A DNA stretch of 64,000 bases, from sequence record PP496439.1. One strand, 5' to 3'. Of the stretch, positions 26,027 through 35,090 are shown piece by piece. Numbering within the stretch: the first letter of the stretch is position 1; each line of letters starts with the position of its first letter. Under the pieces are notes generated by a model. The model worked only from the letters and a program-made list of their open reading frames with translations. It had not been told where the DNA came from and did no database searches. Made by a program: the position numbers and the translations under genes.

Positions 26027-27184
26027 ATGTTCGATAATTATGGGCTATTTACCGAGGTAATGGCAATGGCCAGCCACGTCAAGCAAGATTATGCAGCGAT
26101 CAGTGCGGCGCACCGTACGATCCTGCGGGAGATCGAAAGAATCCCCGGTCGTAAGAAGCATAAGCCGACCAACATCGAGATTCAGTGCCCGTTCCACCCC
26201 GGAGACAATACGCCGTCCTGCGGCATTTATATAGGCACGGGCGGCACGCTACCCCTAGGTTGGTTCTACTGTTTGGGTTGTGGTGCCAAAGGTCCGTGGA
26301 ATAAGCTGGCCGAGAAGTTGAAGCTGCAAACCATTGCAAGGTCTGATACCAAACGGGACAGTGCCTCCGTATCCAGTACGGAAATGGATCGGGCCAGATT
26401 GAAGTGTATGGGCGCTGACAAGACCGGGGTGGATCAGTATGCCAGTGTGATGCGTCTGGGAATGCCTAAGCCGTTCGACAGGCCCCAGTGGCGGGGTATC
26501 AGTGGCGCCTTGATGAGGGACTTGGGTGCACAGATAGCGGTGGATACGACCAGCAAACGACTGCGGGAGGTACTGCTACTGCCACTAACTCTATATGGGG
26601 AATTGGTTACTGTCATCAAGGCAGCGATGTACAAAGTGAAGGGTGACCTGAGCTATGTCGTGTATGACGAAGCAGATACCAAGACGAAAGGGTTGTTCGG
26701 CTTCGACCTAGTGGTGGATATGCTGAACAAAGGCAAGTATCAGTGGGTGGTGCTGGTGGAAGGTCAGCGGGACGCATTGCGCCTGATCCAGTACGGCATC
26801 CCGGCCATCGCCATCCTTGGCACCCAGAGCTGGACAGCGGAGAAGCGTGACCTGCTGGTGGGCTTGGGTACAGGGGTGGCCGTGATGATGGATGGTGACC
26901 CGGCAGGTGTGGCAGCGGCTAGGAAGATAATGCCGGACTTGCGCCGTCTAACAGAAGTCCGGGAAATTGATCTGATGCCGTTGACCGAGGAATTCGGACA
27001 GAAGGTGGACCCCGGCAACATGCCCATCTGGAAAATCAAGGAGCTGCAGGCGCTAAATGTCAGCAGCCGTAAACTTCGGGGGCGCAGAGTTCCCCGGTAC
27101 AGTCGCAGGCAGGAACGTGTCGATAAGCAAACACGTCAAGGCCAAGTTAATCGATATCAAGTTGAACTGGAGCAGTCAGAATGA
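26027..27184 (+). CDS. dnaG: DnaG-like DNA primase
   Basis: CHC2 zinc finger CPFH...FYCLGC; TOPRIM VLVEGQRDA and MDGDPAG. Confidence 0.9.
   Translation: MFDNYGLFTEVMAMASHVKQDYAAISAAHRTILREIERIPGRKKHKPTNIEIQCPFHPGDNTPSCGIYIGTGGTLPLGWFYCLGCGAKGPWNKLAEKLKLQTIARSDTKRDSASVSSTEMDRARLKCMGADKTGVDQYASVMRLGMPKPFDRPQWRGISGALMRDLGAQIAVDTTSKRLREVLLLPLTLYGELVTVIKAAMYKVKGDLSYVVYDEADTKTKGLFGFDLVVDMLNKGKYQWVVLVEGQRDALRLIQYGIPAIAILGTQSWTAEKRDLLVGLGTGVAVMMDGDPAGVAAARKIMPDLRRLTEVREIDLMPLTEEFGQKVDPGNMPIWKIKELQALNVSSRKLRGRRVPRYSRRQERVDKQTRQGQVNRYQVELEQSE
26045..26053 (-). promoter_or_regulatory. Candidate middle-promoter motif GGTAAATAG
   Basis: Related GTAAATA(C/G) at 17080-17087, 21451-21458 and 57192-57199, and GTAAATC at 15944-15950, all upstream of replication-type genes. 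Confidence 0.35.
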
Positions 27185-28185
27185 AACGTAGTTCATGGAG
27201 TGCCATCTTTCGCTACACGTGGGCGGACATGTTCAAGGGCATGGGGCCAGATTGGGCTCGTACGTGGAAAGACATACACGGGAGTATATACGGACCCAAT
27301 ACGCCGCTTACGTGGGTTCTTAAAGCGATCATCACCGTTATGATCATCTTAGTGTCCATGGTGGTGTTCGTTATCCCCTTGATGATCACCGTATTCTTTG
27401 GTAACCTTTGGGAGAACTACAGACGGTTCCGGACTCCAGACACGCACTATGCTGCCGGTCGCCGTACGAGAAGAAAGCTTGATCTCCTCCTTCGTGCGTA
27501 TAACGTCGTAGATGTAGATAGGCAGAAAGGAACTCGGCCAATGATACGAGACGTATCCTTCGATCCGTTCTGGGGTGACTTCGTTCGACGGTGGATCTCA
27601 GTAGCTTCCGATAAACCTGTGAATTACGACCATATCCCCAAACCGGATACGTCCGGGGTCATTCCAGCCGTGCGCCCGCTTGTGCGTAACGCTGCAGGCG
27701 GGGCTTCCGACATTCCGGTGTCCCAACGTACCGTTCCACGCATATCGAAGCGCCTGCGTCGTCCTGTGAAGCTCGTTCCCGTGTCCGTGAATGTCACGAC
27801 GGTGGAAGGTGAGAGTTGTCCGATTGGGCACAACTGGACAATCACGGAAGAGATTGTTGCAGGTAGGGTGTCGCCGGGTGTCGAAGTCAAGATCGGCCGC
27901 ATGTACAGGGAACCCGAGGGAGAGGAAGTCAAAACTGCACAAGTCCCTTTCAAAGCCGGGGAGACGTGGATTGATCCTAGATCAATTCCGCGAGCTTACT
28001 CTATGTCAGCTGTGGGAGGTGGTGGTAGAGGTATAGTTAACGGAACCCCTTTGGATTCTCAATCCCGACCCAGCTATTATATCGGAGGTGGCCGCTGGAC
28101 TTACGACTATGCGGAAGCGATCCGGTTCAAGCTGTTCTTTGAGGAACTGGTAAAAGATTTGGTTAATGTAATAATTGAGCAATAA
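27181..28185 (+). CDS. Hypothetical membrane protein (334 aa)
   Basis: Hydrophobic segment VLKAIITVMIILVSMVVFVIPLMITVFF; ATGA-coupled to primase; locally AT-richer codons. Confidence 0.7.
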   Translation: MKRSSWSAIFRYTWADMFKGMGPDWARTWKDIHGSIYGPNTPLTWVLKAIITVMIILVSMVVFVIPLMITVFFGNLWENYRRFRTPDTHYAAGRRTRRKLDLLLRAYNVVDVDRQKGTRPMIRDVSFDPFWGDFVRRWISVASDKPVNYDHIPKPDTSGVIPAVRPLVRNAAGGASDIPVSQRTVPRISKRLRRPVKLVPVSVNVTTVEGESCPIGHNWTITEEIVAGRVSPGVEVKIGRMYREPEGEEVKTAQVPFKAGETWIDPRSIPRAYSMSAVGGGGRGIVNGTPLDSQSRPSYYIGGGRWTYDYAEAIRFKLFFEELVKDLVNVIIEQ

Positions 28186-28248
28186 GAAATAAAAACCCCC
28201 AAGCATTCTCGGACATAGCGCCGGTGGCTTGGGGGTTTTTATTTCTTA
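28183..28248. terminator. Bidirectional terminator with a 22-bp perfect inverted repeat
   Basis: TAAGAAATAAAAACCCCCAAGC-(22 nt)-GCTTGGGGGTTTTTATTTCTTA. Confidence 0.85.
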
Positions 28249-28692
28249 CTTGACAGCTCCGCCGACAATTGCGGCCGCAGGGCTGTACTTGGCCATCGGG
28301 TCTTCCGGCAAGGGAACGTCTTTGCACTGGTCCTCCTTGAGGTCACGCCGGTAGTAGCACAGGAGTACCTTGTCCGACTTGATGTACCCCATGATCGATT
28401 GCAGATTGACACCCATGCTCAGGTAGTCCTGCCATGACAGTGCCACGAACGTGGTCTTGCCATCAGCGACTTGCTTCTCGAACTCATCGATGTTCTTGTC
28501 GCTGACCACTTTCCACGTGACCGACTTAAGGCTTAGCGCTTGCTGCCTTGGTGGATGGAACTGGGGGATTACTCCCGCATCTTCCGCCGGTTGCACATTG
28601 GAGGTCGTTGAGCACGCTGTTAGAAGCATTGTTAATACGACGCTCAACAAGGGTAGGCTTCTTGCGTACGACTTCTTCAGTCTTTTTATCAC
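28246..28692 (-). CDS. o-spanin (Rz1-like lipoprotein)
   Basis: Lipobox LLTAC after a signal peptide; overlaps the 3' end of the i-spanin in another frame. Confidence 0.8.
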   Translation of the reverse strand: MIKRLKKSYARSLPLLSVVLTMLLTACSTTSNVQPAEDAGVIPQFHPPRQQALSLKSVTWKVVSDKNIDEFEKQVADGKTTFVALSWQDYLSMGVNLQSIMGYIKSDKVLLCYYRRDLKEDQCKDVPLPEDPMAKYSPAAAIVGGAVK

Positions 28693-29029
28693 GGTGACTC
28701 TCCAATTTATCGGTAGCGGTTTCTTTCTCGCTGCGGATGATGTTCAACTGTTCGTTGACCGCGTTGGCAAAGAGCTGGGTAGACGTGGCGGACGTTTGCA
28801 GCCGGGAAATCTGGAACGCGGCTTGACCCAGTTGCAGGTCACGTTGCGCGATAGTTCCCGCCTGCTTTTGGTTTTCTTCCTGAAGATGATACACCACTAG
28901 AATGCTGGCACCCAGTAGCGTTGCCAGAACAAGCGTAACCCCGATCATCACCTTGCCCAGCATTGAACCGATTAGGCTCTTGCTGCCGGTAACCACCGCT
29001 TCCTCCACGGTATCGATCACGTTACTCAT
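28526..29029 (-). CDS. i-spanin (Rz-like)
   Basis: N-terminal TM helix, long coiled coil, position between holin and lipoprotein. Confidence 0.8.
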   Translation of the reverse strand: MSNVIDTVEEAVVTGSKSLIGSMLGKVMIGVTLVLATLLGASILVVYHLQEENQKQAGTIAQRDLQLGQAAFQISRLQTSATSTQLFANAVNEQLNIIRSEKETATDKLESHRDKKTEEVVRKKPTLVERRINNASNSVLNDLQCATGGRCGSNPPVPSTKAASAKP

Positions 29030-29342
29030 TGGTAGGATCTCTAGTTATGATTACAGATGGGGGAGGGCCATTGTCGAACTTCCCGTTAGGTCCGGTTTCC
29101 ACGTAGAACTTGAAATAGGCCGCAGCAGAGCCGACGGTGGCAGCTAAGATTGCAGCAGCCCCCAGCCCATCCATGGACGACGCCTTCATCCAGTTGATAA
29201 CATCAAATGACAGCTTCATCCAGAAGAACAGCAGCAGGATGGGGAAGATCCGCCATGCGACCATGATGTATTGCACGTGGTCCACGAAAGACCTGAACCA
29301 CGGATTTAGTTGTTGCGGATCAGGTTTCTGTGACGAAGCCAT
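29022..29342 (-). CDS. Putative holin (2 TM helices)
   Basis: WRIFPILLLFFW and GLGAAAILAATVGSAAAYF; position in the lysis cassette. Confidence 0.7.
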   Translation of the reverse strand: MASSQKPDPQQLNPWFRSFVDHVQYIMVAWRIFPILLLFFWMKLSFDVINWMKASSMDGLGAAAILAATVGSAAAYFKFYVETGPNGKFDNGPPPSVIITRDPTNE

Positions 29343-29814
29343 ACGGCACCCCTTGCAGTGTTTGAACTAGCGCTTGTACATCGAAGCAGGGACTCTCAGT
29401 CGGTGGCTGTCCTTCCACCTGGGGATGTTCCTTGGCCCCGCGTATCTCCGTGAGGGGAATCCTGTACTTGCTGACCAGACTGTCCAGCAGATAGCACAGC
29501 GATTCCTTTTGCACCGGCGTGAAGTTGTCCACCCACTCGCCTTTGTTGTTCAAGCCCCCGATCAAGCAGATACCCAAGTTGCCCTGAGCCTTGTTCGGGG
29601 TGTGCATGCCGATCGATCTGTCGTCCCGGCCATTGATCACGTTCCCGTTAGGAAGTATCAGGTAGTGAAAGTCAATGAACAGGCCGGTGTGTGAACACTT
29701 GCGCTTCGGGTCTGACTGGCAGGACTTCATAGTCTGGGAGTTCAGGAATTCAAGCCATGAGAACCCCGTCATCTTTTCAGTCCCGGAGCAATGGATTGTT
29801 ACCTCTGAGATCAT
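29320..29814 (-). CDS. T7-lysozyme/Amidase_2-fold protein (endolysin position; Zn ligands degenerate)
   Basis: TIHCSGT, FHY, NGR, GICLIGG, FTPVQ, CFDV. The canonical GH..D/KxCP positions read GAKE/ESP. Confidence 0.8.
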   Translation of the reverse strand: MISEVTIHCSGTEKMTGFSWLEFLNSQTMKSCQSDPKRKCSHTGLFIDFHYLILPNGNVINGRDDRSIGMHTPNKAQGNLGICLIGGLNNKGEWVDNFTPVQKESLCYLLDSLVSKYRIPLTEIRGAKEHPQVEGQPPTESPCFDVQALVQTLQGVPYGFVTET

Positions 29815-30281
29815 TATAACTCCCCTTGTAGCAATTGGCGGGTGTTGCCAGTCTTCCCGGTCAAGCCAAGGTTCTTAGTGAAGAAATCAAACAGTACTTT
29901 GCCCGTGACCGCGTGGTTCTTAGGCATAACTTCCACCCCGTTCTCGCGAAGGCACTCGGAGATGAGTTCGAAGCAGTACCACCTGTCCTTGGAGTGAATG
30001 TGCAGGAACCACAAGGCGATCCCGAGGAAGTCGTACTTACGGCCTCTGTTCCGTAGCAAGAATTCCTTGGCATCCATCTGTGGGAAGTCGAACACCATGA
30101 TGGTGCGATCCATCTCATGCTCCGGGAACGTGTTGATGTCGAGGTGACCCCGAGCCATGTTCGAGTCCCAGACTTCGTCTCCCTGCACAATGGACGCATG
30201 CGAAACAGGATAGCCTGTGCCGATACTGACAGCCATCGATGCGATATCGTAGACATAGGCTTGATGAAGAATAACGCGCAT
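29814..30281 (-). CDS. Permuted papain-like amidase (YaeF/YiiX, NlpC/P60-related)
   Basis: SHASI (His), GRKYD, WYCFELI (Cys) in permuted order. Stop and next start overlap as TAATG. Confidence 0.7.
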   Translation of the reverse strand: MRVILHQAYVYDIASMAVSIGTGYPVSHASIVQGDEVWDSNMARGHLDINTFPEHEMDRTIMVFDFPQMDAKEFLLRNRGRKYDFLGIALWFLHIHSKDRWYCFELISECLRENGVEVMPKNHAVTGKVLFDFFTKNLGLTGKTGNTRQLLQGEL

Positions 30282-30366
30282 GATCCTAACCTTCCCTTTT
30301 GAACTGACTTACTGGTACCTGTATGATGTCGCGGATTGGGATAGGCAATCCTTTGCCTGTTCTTGC

Positions 30367-30927
30367 TTACCAGACGATAACGTTCAACTCTTCCCGAGTT
30401 CCTGCCACTTTGATCTGGTTTTCCAGCTGATCCTTCCGGACTAAGGTATCCAGTATAAAGGCTTTGGCATCTTGCCCCACCTTTTGAATCTGGTCCTTGT
30501 TGTGCATCCGGTACTGACTCACGTTGTCCGAATCGGTGCACCAGAACGGAGTCTGCCAGTTGTCATCTTTACTCAACAGCGAATCCACGACGGATGCTGT
30601 CAGGTTGGCCTGATCCGTAACCTTGGACGGGTACGTGTAAGACTTACCCAGCGCCGTGCTGACAAAGCCACTGGTGATCGCTACGGCACACGCCTTGGCA
30701 ATGATGTCCAGCTTGTTCTCTCGCAACAATTCCACGTCGATCATCTCAACGGGGGTAAGAGGTGCTTCGAACTGACCAGAACGGTATGTCCATCCCACTT
30801 GAACAGGTGAATCATCGCGAAGGCGTTGAAGTGTTCGGTTTGCTTCAGGTTTCCAATCGGATATACCATCCCACATCGCAATAGATTCCACGACGCCCTT
30901 GTAGATTACTGCGTAGTTGTCACTCAT
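30367..30927 (-). CDS. Tail fibre assembly chaperone (Tfa/DUF4376-like)
   Basis: Directly after the fibre; VQVGWTY..GQF..P; FVSTALG..YTY.S...DQANL; C-terminal LNVIVW. RBS AAGGAG. Confidence 0.8.
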   Translation of the reverse strand: MSDNYAVIYKGVVESIAMWDGISDWKPEANRTLQRLRDDSPVQVGWTYRSGQFEAPLTPVEMIDVELLRENKLDIIAKACAVAITSGFVSTALGKSYTYPSKVTDQANLTASVVDSLLSKDDNWQTPFWCTDSDNVSQYRMHNKDQIQKVGQDAKAFILDTLVRKDQLENQIKVAGTREELNVIVW

Positions 30928-30937
30928 TGTATCTCCT

Positions 30938-30959
30938 TAACTGGGCCGAAGCCCAGTTA
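30938..30959 (-). promoter_or_regulatory. cUUCGg tetraloop hairpin immediately 5' of the chaperone RBS
   Basis: Minus strand TAACTGGGC-TTCG-GCCCAGTTA followed by AGGAGATACAATG. Confidence 0.7.
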
Positions 30960-30979
30960 TCTAACTTGGGTATTGAGGG

Positions 30980-33900
30980 TTACCACTGGAGGAAGATTAC
31001 GCCTGCTTTACCTGCGCTGCCGTTCCCGCCTTTTGCCGCGCTGACGTTGGCGTAGTTCTGGCGAGTATACGCACCGCCACCGCCACCGCCACCTGCACCG
31101 TAACCAATCGAGGCTGACCCGTTGCTACCCGGACCGTTGGCCTGACGACCACCACCACCGCCCGTACCCCAAGGAGTACCTGCACCGGCACCGCCCGCGC
31201 CGCCCAGATACAAGCCGGGGGCGTCTTGTCCGTCGGTAACACCGGGAACAAGGCTGATACCACCTGCACCTGAAGCGGTGCCACCTACTGAACCACGTGT
31301 ACCCCCACCTAGGGTAAGAAGTGTGGTAGCTCCGAGTTTGAACGTGGTAGCACTACCGTTACCCCCTTGCAGACCTGCACCTGCCTCACTACCTACCACA
31401 CCTTGAGCCAAAGCCGGTCCACCATTACCTCCTGCGCCACCGCCACCGATGGTAATGGTATAGGTGCTTCCCGGTACTACCGTGATCGGAGTAAGAACTG
31501 CATACGTACCACAACCACCACCCGAACCCCCACCTGAGCCACTGTCTGAGGCGCCACCGCCCCCCGCACCACCGCCACCGCCACCGCAACCCGAAAGGTA
31601 AACAGTGGTCACACCTGCTGGACACAACCAAGAGCCACTAGCAGTAAACGTCTGAACGCCGGTGAATTGCCCGATCATGTCTTGCGGCGCTACGATCGAA
31701 CCCCGGTCAACGATCCAGTAGGAGGTGCCACTTGTTGCCAGCTCCAATGTCTCCAGTGGTTGCATGGTGATCTGCTGCACCGAACCAGAGTCACTGATGG
31801 TTGCACCGGACGGAGCTACAATCGTCTGAACCGTGGAAGTCGGGTTGCGGAACACGAAGGTTGCACCCGGAAGCAACGTGGTAGGATCTGGGAGCGTTAC
31901 TGTGATTCCACTACCCGCCAGGTTCAACCAGTAGCCGGAATGCGAGACGTCCAACGTGATGCTAGCGGATACCCCGACACCGACACCTTTGAACTTACGC
32001 GACTGCGAGAAGTTCAAGTTCTGTGCATAGGCCGTGTTAGCCAGACGAGTGCTGTTGTCCGTGGTAGGTGGTGTAGGTGCGGTCGGAGTTCCGATTAATG
32101 AAGGCGAGTCAGTGGCTACCGCCTCGTTCCACGCAGTCCAGTTTCCACCTGCCTGACTCCGCCAGAACATCCTGTTGTTGGAGTTAAGAGCAGTAGCAAT
32201 CTGTAGGCAACCCCCACCATTGTAAGGTACCACGATGACTGAGAAGTTAGACGAGATCGGAATGTTGGCCGTGGTAGACTGAGCGCGGTACAAGCCACCC
32301 AATACAGCCTGGTTCATGTCGTTGCCGGTGACGATGTTGCTGACCAGCGTGCCCAGGCCCCATGCTGCCAACTGGTTCTGAACGAACGCGGTGTTAGCGA
32401 TGGTCAGGTCGGTATCACCCAGCGCAGCTGTAGGGGCCTGCGGGTCACCAGTGAATACCGGAGAATCTGTAGTAGCCAGTTCTTTCCATGGGAACCAGGC
32501 ACCATCATGCTTGACCCGCGTGAAGGTACGGTTGCGGCCCGACGGGAAGATCGAGCTGGCGTACTGCGTTACTCGAAACGCCCCAGGCACACCAATGGTG
32601 ATCAGGGTGAAGGCTACTGCTGTCGTACCCGCAACACCCAAGAGTGGACGGTTGTAGGTAGTCGAGTTGGTTTCCGTACCTTCGGCCTTAACGAAGGAGT
32701 TCAACGGGGCGTCGTTGAAGTTCAGAGTGTCGCCGCTGATCGCGGAACCACCCAACCCAGATGCACCCATCAAACCTTGCACGAAAGCGGTGTTGGCAAT
32801 ACTCAGGTCGTTGTCTGCCAACGATGCTGTTGGAACCTTCGGGTCGCCAGTGAACGTTGGCGAATCCAGACTGGCAATCTCACGCCATGATGACCACTGT
32901 GTAACGTTGTTCACCTGCCCGTTGGACACCCGCTGGAACATGCGGTTGTTAGCCTGCGGCATGAAAATCTGCTGGGTGTAATACAGAGCGTTAGTGGCAA
33001 CAATCACAACGCCGGACAGATAGTTCACGCCGTTGATCGTGATAGTCGAACTAACCTGATACGTACCACCCTCGGTTAGCGTACCAACGTCGGCAACAGT
33101 ATCGTCCATGTCTGACGTACCAATACCGTACCGCGCCAAGACATTTCGGACGAAGTTCGTGGTAGCAACCGAGGTGTCGTTGTCTGTGGTTACCGGCGTC
33201 GGAGCCTTAGGATCCCCAGTGAAGACCGGGGAGTCCAGCGCTGCGAACTCTTTCCACCCACCCCACGAATTCGACGCACGAACACGCCAGAAGATGCGGG
33301 TAGGGTTCAACGGCGAGGCCCAGATCTGCAACGCGGCGCTACCATCTCCGAACGGAGTATGGATCAGCAGGCCATTAGACGCAATCGGAACACCGGTGGC
33401 AGTGGTAGATGAGTTGTAGTAGAAGCCACCCAGTGTCACGGCGTTCAGGTCGGTGATGTTGGCTGCACCTGCTGTGCCAATACCGAACATCGCCATGGCT
33501 GCTCTTACGAACGCCGTGTTTGCCACCGAGGTGTCGTTGTCGGTGGCCGCAGCAGTCGGAGCCTTGGGATCGCCGGTGAACGTCGGCGAGTCAATCGTCG
33601 CCTTGGTAGCAATCAGGTTGTTCATCGTGGTTGCGAAGTTGGGATCGTCTCCCAGTGCCGCAGCCAGTTCGTTCAAGGTGTCCAATGCGCCCGGCGAAGA
33701 ATCGATCAACGCCGCAATCGCCAGCTTCACGAAGGCCGTGGTAGCAACCGAGTTGTCATTGTCTGTCAGCGGCGGAGTTGGTGCCTTGGGATCACCAGTG
33801 AACGTCGGGCTGTTGATCGGTGCGTACGCCGTCAGGTCAACTCGGGTACTGCTTACGAGTTGGAAGCTCGCCCCGTCGTAGAACACGTCATGCACCTTAC

Positions 33901-35020
33901 CTACCGACAGCTCGCCGCCTGTGAGGGCATCCGTACCATTGGACGTAATTGCCTTGGCGCCCAAACTGTTCAGGTTCAGGGTAGCTGCACCGGTGTTGGC
34001 GGTAGCAACCTTGAGCTGAAAGCGCTGGCCTGCTGCGTAGCTGGTGAACGCTTGCCCGAATGCACCCGCTGTCGGGATGCTGTAGGTCAGTACGTTGGCA
34101 CTCGGCTGACCTACCTGACCGAGGTAAGTGAGTCCGGCACCGCGTTGAGCTGCGGTCTTGACGAAGCCCGCATGGGTGGCATCATCTACCACACGCCAGC
34201 CAGTAGTGGCGTTGACGTACTGGTAGCCTCGCACCCCATTGATCGACTGGATGTAGTCTGAACCTACGACCACACCTTCTAATGCTTGGCCCGTAGCCGC
34301 CGTGATCTTGATCGGATACAGGTTGGAGTTGGCCGAGTAGTCGCCTACGAACACCAGGTCACCAACCCGGCCTTGTGGCAGGGCTACCGAAGGTGCGGCA
34401 ACGTTGTTGGTGTTATTGACCCACAACATCTCACCGTTGTTGACTGGCAAGGCAGTGGCGATAGCTACCGCGATCCGGCTGTTACCGAAGCCGCCGACAC
34501 CCATCTGACCTACAGCCAGTTGAGCGTCCCACGAGGCACCGTTCCAGATGAACCGGTAATCCGCATAGGGGGTTGCCATGACGAAGTTAGGCAGGCCAGC
34601 AACTACGGCGCCGTTACCCGAGATGGTAACCGGGTACGTACCGATGGTGCCACCGGTTACCTGAACACGGACCGCATCGCCGACGACCAGAGCAGTACGC
34701 TTGGTGGTGTCGGTCTGATTGGGCACCTGCTTATCCGTAGGTAGCATCAGAGTAACTGGATTGAGCAGCGCCTGATGCTGGTACATGCCGTTGGCGAACA
34801 GCAGGGTGTTGTTGTCCGAGCCATTGGTCTGAAGCAGTGTCAGATAGGCACCCATGGCTTGCTGCAACATCTCGGTGCTTTGGTACAAGCTATACAGCGG
34901 CCTGTTCAGCACACCTTCCGTGGGTACGGGCGGTTCTTGAATCGAACCGTCAGCATGCTCGCCGTCTTTAAACCAGCCGACCAGTGCCTTTGGAATGAAT
35001 TTGAGTAAGTTATTAGCCAT
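30980..35020 (-). CDS. Long tail fibre (1346 aa)
   Basis: Six SPxFTGDPxAPT...DNDxSxAxTAFV repeats, four following knob-like modules ending WxxWxE, and a Gly-rich C-terminal domain. Confidence 0.9.
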   Translation of the reverse strand: MANNLLKFIPKALVGWFKDGEHADGSIQEPPVPTEGVLNRPLYSLYQSTEMLQQAMGAYLTLLQTNGSDNNTLLFANGMYQHQALLNPVTLMLPTDKQVPNQTDTTKRTALVVGDAVRVQVTGGTIGTYPVTISGNGAVVAGLPNFVMATPYADYRFIWNGASWDAQLAVGQMGVGGFGNSRIAVAIATALPVNNGEMLWVNNTNNVAAPSVALPQGRVGDLVFVGDYSANSNLYPIKITAATGQALEGVVVGSDYIQSINGVRGYQYVNATTGWRVVDDATHAGFVKTAAQRGAGLTYLGQVGQPSANVLTYSIPTAGAFGQAFTSYAAGQRFQLKVATANTGAATLNLNSLGAKAITSNGTDALTGGELSVGKVHDVFYDGASFQLVSSTRVDLTAYAPINSPTFTGDPKAPTPPLTDNDNSVATTAFVKLAIAALIDSSPGALDTLNELAAALGDDPNFATTMNNLIATKATIDSPTFTGDPKAPTAAATDNDTSVANTAFVRAAMAMFGIGTAGAANITDLNAVTLGGFYYNSSTTATGVPIASNGLLIHTPFGDGSAALQIWASPLNPTRIFWRVRASNSWGGWKEFAALDSPVFTGDPKAPTPVTTDNDTSVATTNFVRNVLARYGIGTSDMDDTVADVGTLTEGGTYQVSSTITINGVNYLSGVVIVATNALYYTQQIFMPQANNRMFQRVSNGQVNNVTQWSSWREIASLDSPTFTGDPKVPTASLADNDLSIANTAFVQGLMGASGLGGSAISGDTLNFNDAPLNSFVKAEGTETNSTTYNRPLLGVAGTTAVAFTLITIGVPGAFRVTQYASSIFPSGRNRTFTRVKHDGAWFPWKELATTDSPVFTGDPQAPTAALGDTDLTIANTAFVQNQLAAWGLGTLVSNIVTGNDMNQAVLGGLYRAQSTTANIPISSNFSVIVVPYNGGGCLQIATALNSNNRMFWRSQAGGNWTAWNEAVATDSPSLIGTPTAPTPPTTDNSTRLANTAYAQNLNFSQSRKFKGVGVGVSASITLDVSHSGYWLNLAGSGITVTLPDPTTLLPGATFVFRNPTSTVQTIVAPSGATISDSGSVQQITMQPLETLELATSGTSYWIVDRGSIVAPQDMIGQFTGVQTFTASGSWLCPAGVTTVYLSGCGGGGGGAGGGGASDSGSGGGSGGGCGTYAVLTPITVVPGSTYTITIGGGGAGGNGGPALAQGVVGSEAGAGLQGGNGSATTFKLGATTLLTLGGGTRGSVGGTASGAGGISLVPGVTDGQDAPGLYLGGAGGAGAGTPWGTGGGGGRQANGPGSNGSASIGYGAGGGGGGGAYTRQNYANVSAAKGGNGSAGKAGVIFLQW

Positions 35021-35090
35021 TTAAAGAATCCCTGAATCAGTGGTGGCTGTACATCTGAGGAGCCTAGGCCTTAGGCGAATATGATTGGGA

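Noticed and set aside
24902-27184. CRISPR-Cas locus suggested by the Cas4-like gene
   Set aside because: No repeat-spacer array and no cas1, cas2 or effector gene seen anywhere in the window.
30980-35020. Diversity-generating retroelement or invertible fibre cassette
   Set aside because: No reverse transcriptase, TR/VR pair differing at adenines, invertase or inverted crossover sites seen.
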